Positions 55,001 through 64,000 of a stretch of 64,000 nt of DNA are shown here, piece by piece. Positions within the stretch are counted from its first letter, which is position 1. Each line of letters starts with the position of its first letter. The stretch is from Octopus vulgaris (lineage: Eukaryota), in contig OX597826.1 of assembly GCA_951406725.2 (NCBI GenBank), positions 56,792,001-56,856,000 on the forward strand. Direction: 5' to 3'. The translations under genes and the position numbers were made by a program. A model generated the notes under the pieces. The model did no database searches, had not been told where the DNA came from, and was given only the letters and a program-made list of their open reading frames with translations.

Positions 55001-56013
55001 GATAAGTACAGGGCTTGAAACAATTGGATGGATACAGATCGTTAAAATGAAGTCTGAGTTTTATGTCTGCGTTAGAAGTAAATGATATAAATTTATGAAA
55101 AGCCAAACAGATGTGTATTTATGCAAAAATATTAGCAACTGAACACAATCGAAGCATTAGCGGAAAGAGAATCATGAAATATGCAATTAATAATTCGAAA
55201 AACCCATTAAGAGATCAACTCTTTCGGAATTTATTTAAAACACACACACAAAAATAAATAAAGAAGACAAACAACTACAATAGTAAAAACATGAGTAATA
55301 ATAGCGGCAGCAAAAGTTAACTTTAAATTCGGTTATTTTGACAACAATAGGAAAATGATTTATCTGTAATTAAATTAAATACATTGTTACTTAACCTAGG
55401 ATTGAACGGCGAATATCTATAATTCGTTTATTTAGAAAAATGATAAGGAATTATATTAATCGTTATTCATTATTCTCCTGTCGACGATTCCTGAAGAAAG
55501 TTTTGTCTTATATATTAAAATGAGAGAATACTGAGGACGGAAGAAAAAATTGTAATAATAATAATGATAATGATAATAATGATTGTTTCAGGTTTTGGCA
55601 CAAGGCCGGTCATAACAACAACATCAACGTTATTAATTTATTACTGCTATAAAAGTTCAGCTGAGAGTTGGAGTTAGAAACGAGACTTCAGATTACCGTT
55701 AGAGTGAATGAAAAAAAAAAGATTTCTTTCTTTAAAAAATAAATTAACATTAACTTTACATGTCTTTATGTTTATACATTTATTTCACAGTTTATAGTTA
55801 AATTACATTTTATCGTAAATTTCATTTTTTTTTTTTTTTTGCTTTTTTTTTTTTTTTACAGACTACATGGTAACTATTTAAATAATCGAAATATATATTT
55901 TTTAAAAAAATACTGAAAAAGCAAAATGTCTGAATTTGATTCATAATTTAATTAGAAAAAAGAAAAAAAAGAAACTGCAAATAAATGTCTGCAAAATCTA
56001 AAAAAGTATACAC

Positions 56014-56081
<68 letters not shown>

Positions 56082-57694
56082 CGAGACAGAGAAGGAAGGA
56101 GAGAAGGGGAAAGAGAGAAAACAGATACTGAAAATTGCTGAGTTATTGCTTTTGAAAACAGGTTTATATTGAAATATTTTAATTGACAAGTTCAAGAGAA
56201 TAAATTCATATCAGAATATTAAGAACGACAAGATTAAATAAAAGCGTCGGGAGAGGAGGAGAAGAGACTCGACAAATAGTCCAGCACCGATTTTCATGAT
56301 GAATATTATTGAAAGCATAAAATATAGAATCTCTCTCTCTCTCGTAAAAATATATATATATAGATATATAGCCAAGTCACGTGTCACCTCTTTCTTTTTC
56401 GCTAGCTAATTTTGTCACACTAACGAGGCACTGTAAAAATAGAAAGCTATCAAATGTCAAACAAAGTGTGAGTAACTGTAAAAGAATTAAAATGAAGAAT
56501 GAGATATTCATTTCATTGGCCTGAGTGGCAAAATAGAGAGAGAAGTTGAGGAGAGAGAGAGAGAAAGAGAGAGAGAGGGAGGGAGGGAGAGCTGAAGCAA
56601 TGGAGAGGTAGGCAAGCAAAGGAGAGTCACAAATAATCCTATTTCAAATAACCAACCGGATGTAAAAGACAACGAAATCATTAGATTATACAGTTCCAAA
56701 GCAAACGGCGAATCCGTTAGTTAACTAACTGATATATGTTGCTTGCCTTGAAATATCTGTCTGATGACTACAAGGGTCAAGGACAAATCATAGAATGAAT
56801 AGTCATTACAAAGAAGGTAATTAAGAAAGCTACTCATTGAATATTTTAAAACTAAGATTTGTCTGCGTAATTTATTTCATATTAAAAAAAAAAAACTATA
56901 TTTAGACAGTTAAAAAAAGGGAACATTTTGGTTGCTATGTAGCCTTGAAGGAATTTGCATAATGTCCACTCACACACACAAAATATCACGGCACTGCTTC
57001 GCCTTGTACTTTTAAGAGAAGCGAATATACGGGCATGGGTCAAAATCCCGACTGACAGGGTAACAATTTTAAGATATAGAGGGAGGATACATCCCGAAAA
57101 ATACGGATGTGAATTTTGATGGAGATTCTACCAATGTGGGTATTTAGATGCATGGTCCATATTGAGGAAAGCAAATTTATTGTAAACATATAAGGCTTAA
57201 TGTTAACATGCTTTCATATACTACTAGTATATGAAAAATCAGTATCTTGATTTAGCTAGACATGCCATTACATTAGACAATGCCAAGTGCGATATGATTT
57301 ACACATGTAGAAAGTATTCGGGAGATTGTTGTACGCATTAGTCACATGGCTTCAGACTAGCACTTGATTTCGGCCACTTATAAATAAGATAAATCTATCT
57401 GCAGATCCCAAAACAAGAGACTTTCTTATCCCAAGACCAATATTATTTACTTTTATCTAATTTACTTGTCAGCCCTTCAGTAAGTCACATATAAGAAGTA
57501 CTAATATAAGCATTAAAGATAATAAATCAAAGACCATCTGGCCTACGTTATATATTTTCTGCCCTATCTCTACATAAGGGAATAAAAAACAAATGGTATA
57601 ATAGGTCAATAAGACAACAGTTGAAGTATGCAAAGAGGTTATCGTGTTTTTTTTGTTCCACGATTGGGGTCAATCTAATTAAATTCGAGCCAAC

Positions 57695-57897
57695 GATGGA
57701 GCCTACAAGCAGTCTCTCGACCTAGAAGAAATACTACTTCGATCTTTCTCAGAGCACACAATGTCTTAGAAAATGAAGGTGGCGCTGGAAGATGCAAACC
57801 CAGATACATTACGCCCGAACAAAGCAAACACGGACTGGAATGCCTTTGATCACAGGTCTATTCAATCGAAGCTGACCGTGGGCTCAACAAGAACAAC
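57695..57897 (+). mobile_element. Family C repeat
   Basis: gactggaatgcctttgatcacaggtctattcaatcgaagctgaccgtgggctcaacaagaacaac. Confidence 0.65.
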
Positions 57898-58363
57898 CTA
57901 ATTACGCCAGCGATCCTCCCGATGCTGGATCTCTTCCTCTCGATCCAATATTCGAAGTATCATTCTTACGCGTTTAGAAAATCAGAACATCGGCGTATCG
58001 GTGTGTGTGCAAGCATGCATGCATGCATGTTTGTGCGTGCGTGTGTGCGTGCGTGCTTGAGTGTTTGTGTGTCAATGAAAAGAAAAAAGGAGAACGACAG
58101 AAGGAAACATATGACATCAATGAGATGAGCGACTGTGTGAGAGAAACGGTTCACTATGCAAAAGCTAAAGGATTCCAAAATGTCTGCAAAGGAAGAACAG
58201 AAGCCATTTTGAAAACTATCCCCAAGCTACGGTCGGACGAATCGTTCTATAGCTAATTACAAAACCAAAACACTGCCGGTTGTGTAGAATTGCAAGCACA
58301 AAGCAGAGTCGGCAACGCTTCAGCACTTCAACACGGCATGGAGTCCACCAACCAATAGATAGA

Positions 58364-58418
<55 letters not shown>

Positions 58419-58841
58419 GCGTGTGTTGTTAGATATAGGGAGTGAACAGGGAATTTGACAGGCAGAGGGGGGTAATTTTGAGTATAGTACCAGAACCGAT
58501 TACAAGAAGAGAAAGCTAGAGGAGATATGTAACCATTATGTGAAGATCTGCAAGATATATTAAAAGTAGGCTGTGCATTTGGTTGTGCGAAATATTTCAG
58601 CTACACTCTAGAGGAAGGAACGAAAGAAAGGAAGAGAGACGCAAGAAGAAAATGAGTGGAAGAAGCTAAAACATTTCTTTCAGTAATGAACATGATTCGG
58701 GTTTGCAGCACACACACTTCGAGAATCTCGCTAGACAGATAAATTTTATGAAGTTTTGGGGAGTAAAAACCGAAGACTATGTACTTCTATATTAGTGCGC
58801 AGTAAGATTGTGACAATGGCTAATAATTAATAGACGTAATA

Positions 58842-59249
58842 GGCGCAGGAGTGGCTGTGTGGTAAGTAGCTTGCTAACCAACCACATGGTTCCGGGTTCA
58901 GTCCCACTGCGTGGCACCTTGGGCAAGTGTCTTCTACTATAGCCTCGGGCCGACCAATGCCTTGTGAGTGGATTTGGTAGACGGAAACTGAAAGAAGCCT
59001 GTCGTATATATGTATATGTATATATATGTTTGTTTGTGTCTGTGTTTGTCCCCCTAGCATTGCTTGACAACCGATGCTGGTGTGTTTATGTCCCCGTCAT
59101 TTAGCGGTTCGGCAAAAGAGACCGATAGAATAAGTACTGGGCTTACAAAAAGAATAAGTCCCGGGTTCGAGTTACTCGATTAAAGGCGGTGCTCCTGCAT
59201 GGCCGCAGTCAAATGACTGAAACAAGTAAAAGAGTAAAGAATAAAAGAG
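58842..59249 (+). mobile_element. SINE family B, full length, young
   Basis: ggcgcaggagtggctgtgtggtaag...accttgggcaagtg...gtcaaatgactgaaacaagtaaaagag. Confidence 0.92.
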
Positions 59250-59428
59250 GGACTTGTATATAGTTTGTAGAGAACCCATTAAACGTGTCTACATGAAGAA
59301 TTATCAAACAAGGCGAATAAGTACCGGAGGCGGGGGAGGGAATGAGAGAAATACAACAAGATCCTTCTAAAACTCTCAGTATGGTATTCAATAGATCAGT
59401 ATAGCACCTCGCTCTGAGTTCAAATACC

Positions 59429-59662
59429 TATTTCTTTATTACCCACAAGGGGCTAAACATAGAGGGACAAACGAGGACAGACATAGGTATTAAGTCGATT
59501 ACTTCGACTCCAGTGCGTAACTGGTACTTAATTTATCGATCCCGTAAGGATGAAAGGCAAAGTCGACCTCGGCGGAATTTGAACTCACAACGTAATGACA
59601 CACGAAATACGGCTACGCATTTCGCCCGGCGTGCTAACGTTTCTGCCAGCTCGCCACCTTTA
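59429..59662 (-). mobile_element. SINE family A (A2 tail) monomer with 16-bp TSD
   Basis: TSD tctgagttcaaatacc at 59413-59428 and 59663-59678. Confidence 0.92.
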
Positions 59663-61041
59663 TCTGAGTTCAAATACCAGGGAAGGGGTAAGGGGATGGA
59701 ATAAACCTTTTTCTCTCCATTTTGTTGATATTGGACAGTAATAATGAAATGAAATAAAATAAAATAAAATAAAATAAGCCAGTAAGTAATGTAGCTAAGG
59801 TTTCATTCAAATCGTCTACTGAACAAAAATTAGCCGAAAATCTAAGTCCAAGGAAATAGTTATCAATCGGCAGTAAATTCTCAGTGAACGGAATTCGTTC
59901 AGTCTAGTTTCGATCTCAAATTAGAACCCCTCCACCTTTTCTCACCACGTCATTAATGCCCTCCTGGAAGAGCACACGAGTATCACTGCTCTTATTACCC
60001 TCTCAACAAACGAAAGCAAAAAAAGAACAAAGGAACAAAATTCCGAATCTCAAGCACTATCAATGCCTTTATCAGAAACCATTAATTATCCGACAGATTA
60101 GAAAGTATGTTGAGAGAGAGAGAGAGAGAGGGGGGGGATGGGATGGGGAGGTAGATCAAGCTTAAGTGAGAAGAACCGATGGTCAGTCAGTTGACTTGGG
60201 CTTAAAATATTCAGCGTCAGCCGAGTCGCATTTAGTGTAATTATAGCGCGAGTAGAGAACAAAAAGTTAATATTGACACAGCATGTCTTTGGTGAAACCA
60301 GAGGGATCTGGGATAACAAATATATAAATAAATAAATAAATAAACAAATAAAAATAATACAGTCATAGAGCAACACGAGAGGGTGTTAGCAAAAGCGGGT
60401 GGTTTTGCTGGCTGGCTGGCTGGCTGGTTGGTCGGTTGTGGTGGTGGTGTTGGTGGTGGTAGTAGAAGTGATGGAGCAAAGGTTTACAGTTTACCGAATG
60501 TTGTTAACAGCCAAAACCGCTCCTTACGACAAAAGCTTACCGGTTAATTTTTTCATATCGACAAGAAGGTCGAACTACTTTTTTTTTCTTTTTACTTGAT
60601 AATTTTTTTTCTCTTCCTCCCCAGTGGAAGGAGATGTAGAGACGGTGTGTGTGTGTGTGTGAGGGGTTAGATGTGGTGACGCTATTATTGCGATTATTGA
60701 TACTTTAAGGGTTTGAGAGAGACAGAGAGAGACACAGAGAGAGCAAAAAAAAAAACAAGTAACAAAAAAACAAAAAACAAAACAAACACATCAGAGGTGT
60801 GTGTGTTTATGTGTGTGTGTGTGAGAGTGTTCGCACACGTTGGGGTGGAATTGGGGTAAAGCGACGAAGCGTTACTACATATACATTACATTTGTGCGCG
60901 TATAAATGCTTGCATACGTATGTAAGTGCACACGGGCGCATGTATGTATTTATGTATGAACGTAGTGCGTGTGTGTGTATGTGTGTGTGTGTGTGTGTGT
61001 GTATGTGTGTGTGTGTGTGTGTATGTGTGTGTGTGTATGTA

Positions 61042-61350
61042 TATGCATTATATTGTACCAATGAATGCATGTGTATGTGCATCTATATTATACAAACATA
61101 CACACACACACACATATTGCACATATGTACACACACACATATTACACATCACATGTACACACACACACATATATATATATATTACACATGTGTGTGTGTG
61201 TGTGTGTGTGTGTATGCATTGTATTGTACCAATGAATGCATGTGTATGTGCATCTATATTAGACAAACATACACACACACAAACACATGTACACACACAA
61301 TGTGTACACACATTACACATGTACACACACATATATATATATTACACAGA
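61042..61350. repeat. Tandem duplication with ~171-bp period in microsatellite-rich DNA
   Basis: tatgcatt(a/g)tattgtaccaatgaatgcatgtgtatgtgcatctatatta at 61042 and 61213. Confidence 0.85.
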
Positions 61351-61487
61351 TGTATACATTATATACTTATATTGCACATGTACTTATGTAGATATATATA
61401 TATATATGTGTGTGTATGTGTGTGTAAGTACATATACATTGGGTGTACATATCACTTCGTATATATATGTATGTGAGTAATACAGCC

Positions 61488-61535
<48 letters not shown>

Positions 61536-62066
61536 AGGGTCTGATAACCGAGTTTAAGAGTAACGGAGGGTAGAGGGCAGATTAAACTACCGCAGCATCA
61601 CAACACATACAAACCATGCATTTCAAACCGACATTACTTTTTTTTTTTTTTTTTTTCCCCCTTCTTCAAGATAAAAGCTCTTATTGAGAGTAGGACTGGG
61701 TAGTAGTGGTGGCGACGGTGGAAGTCGGTGGTGACAAAATTGGATCGAATGTAGAAGAAGAACCCCCACCAACCACCATATAAATTTCTATCTAGCTCTT
61801 ATTTATTTTTTTTATATATATTTTTTTTTCATTTTGTGATCATACTTTTTTTTTGTTTATTTTTTGGGTTTTTTTTCTTCCTGAGATATTTTTTTAGCTG
61901 TAACATATAACACACACACAAAAAAAAGGCCATTATGCCTTTTAATGCACAGACATCTGTACGTACATAGAGAGACACAAGACTACAGAGCAAAACATCG
62001 ATCCCATCAAAATGTTCGTCTTCTGTACTGTAATGAGCATGCATGCATGTATACGTGCGTACACAA

Positions 62067-62124
<58 letters not shown>

Positions 62125-62359
62125 AGCGGGTTATGTAGTACTGGTTATGCTTAGAGAGAGGGTCGGATGCCAACATGGAAACAATCATACCACACACACA
62201 CACCAAAAGCAAAAAAAAGAAAGAAACCCCCTAAAAAACATCTAGCTAAGATGAAAGATATAAAAGGTCAAGAATATAATGTCGGCTGTTTATCAAATGT
62301 TACATATATATGTGTGTGTGCGCTTTCATTTAGACGTAAACATTTACGCGCACATTTTA

Positions 62360-62467
62360 TACACACACACATATATATATGTATATATAATGGGCTTGTA
62401 AATGTCTATATATGTCGTGTGTCCACACACACACATATATATATGTATATATATATATATATATATA

Positions 62468-62516
<49 letters not shown>

Positions 62517-62643
62517 TATATATGTATATATGTATATATATACACACACACATATATATATATACATATGTATATATACAAATATATATGTATATATGCA
62601 CATATTCATACAGACATGTATACACATTTACACGCACATTGTA

Positions 62644-62680
<37 letters not shown>

Positions 62681-62760
62681 TCACAGGCGGGGAGGGAGGA
62701 AGAGAGGGAGAGATACATACATACATACATACATACATACATGTATATATATTCATACAC
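62360..62760. repeat. Compound (TA)n/(TACA)n microsatellite
   Basis: Directly visible. Confidence 0.92.
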
Positions 62761-62897
62761 GCAAACGTTTGTGTATGTACGAAGACATAGAAAGTGATGA
62801 GTGGACGTGCAGAAGGAGACACGAAATGAAATATTCATCAACATCTCTAACATTGGTCTTAGTTTCTGGGAAAAGACCAACATCTTCCAGCTCATAC

Positions 62898-63304
62898 CTA
62901 TTTCTTTACTACCCACAAGGGGCTAAACACAGAGAGGACAAACAAGCACAGACAAACGGATTAAGTCGATTACAGTACGTAACTGGTACTTAATTTATCG
63001 ACCCCCAAAGGATGAAATGCAAGGTCGACCTCGGCGGAATTTGAACTCAGAACGTAACGGCAGACGAAATACCTATTTCTTTACTACCCACAAGGGGCTA
63101 AACTCAGAGGGGACAAACAAGGACAGACATAGGTATTAAGTCGATTACATCGACCCCAGTACGTAACTGGTACTTTATTTATCGACCCCGAAAGGATGAA
63201 AGGCAAAGCCGACCTCGGCGGAATTTGAACTCAGAACGTAACGGCAGACGAAATACCGGAAAGCGTTTCGCCCGGCGTGCTAACGATTCTTGCCAGCTCG
63301 CCGC
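62898..63304 (-). mobile_element. SINE family A (A2 tail) head-to-tail dimer with 14-bp TSD
   Basis: TSD cttccagctcatac at 62884-62897 and 63305-63318 flanks the whole dimer. Junction GAAATACCTATTTC at 63066-63079. Confidence 0.92.
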
Positions 63305-63821
63305 CTTCCAGCTCATACAGATACCACCACAACCACCGGCACCACCACCACCACCACCATCACCAGCAACATGCTATTTACCTGAGCTAAACCAAAGCCG
63401 ATGGATGAATCAAAAATAAAACCAGAAATGACAATCAACATGAGCGCAATCTCAAGTCACATGACAACCTTTCCCCGCCATCTCGTCACCTCTTTGCCAA
63501 CTGCTCTTCTCGATTCTACATGGTTCTACATTCTTCTTCTTCTGTCTTATCGGTTCGAAGGATTCAGTGTCCGTAACGGAAGCGGAACTTGAACTGCGCG
63601 ACAGGAAAGCTCTACTCACGAGAGGGGAACAATGCACTAGAAAATGACTCATGGCAATAATATACAGATCGCTGCTCTATATTCGACCAAAATCTCACAA
63701 GTTTTATATGATTTTTGCGTTTTCGTTTTGGGGGGGGGGTTTCTCCGCCACTTCCACCTTCCTCCTCATCCGCCTAGTTTTCTTATTAGGAAACACACAC
63801 ACGAGAGAGGCGGCGGGGTTG

Positions 63822-63862
63822 ATCATCATCATCATTACTATTATTATTATTATTATTATTAT

Positions 63863-63900
<38 letters not shown>
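63822..63900. repeat. (CAT)n-(TAT)n-(TAG)n compound microsatellite
   Basis: Directly visible. Confidence 0.93.
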
Positions 63901-64000
63901 TTCGGATATCATCATCATCACCGTCATCATTATTAATGTTCTTAGTGATTCGACATCTGCCCCCTCCATCCCCACCCTGCCTCCTCCTCCTCTCACTTTC

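Overview
AT-rich eukaryotic genomic DNA, extremely rich in microsatellites ((TA)n, (CA)n, (TACA)n, (GA)n, (AAT)n) and carrying at least five interspersed repeat families. The SINE and microsatellite landscape resembles an octopus (coleoid cephalopod) genome; this is inferred from pattern recognition, not a database search. Almost all ORFs in the supplied track are translated microsatellites or SINE read-through. Well-supported content: tRNA-derived SINEs (family A with two alternative tails, including TSD-flanked head-to-tail dimers; CORE-like family B), an RTE-like (GAT)n-tailed family D, an unclassified old family C that hosts several nested insertions, two MITEs and a Tc1 transposase C-terminal relic. 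CpG content changes near 37.5 kb: depleted to the left, retained to the right, with a CpG/GC-box island at the boundary. This is best explained as the promoter and long 5' intronic/UTR region of a minus-strand gene whose body leaves the window at position 1. Tentative features of that gene are several alternative non-coding first exons, a recursive-splice-like AG|GTATGT site, a possible 3-nt microexon and a signal-peptide-like first coding exon. The gene cannot be named from this window. Repeat boundaries were read by eye and are approximate.
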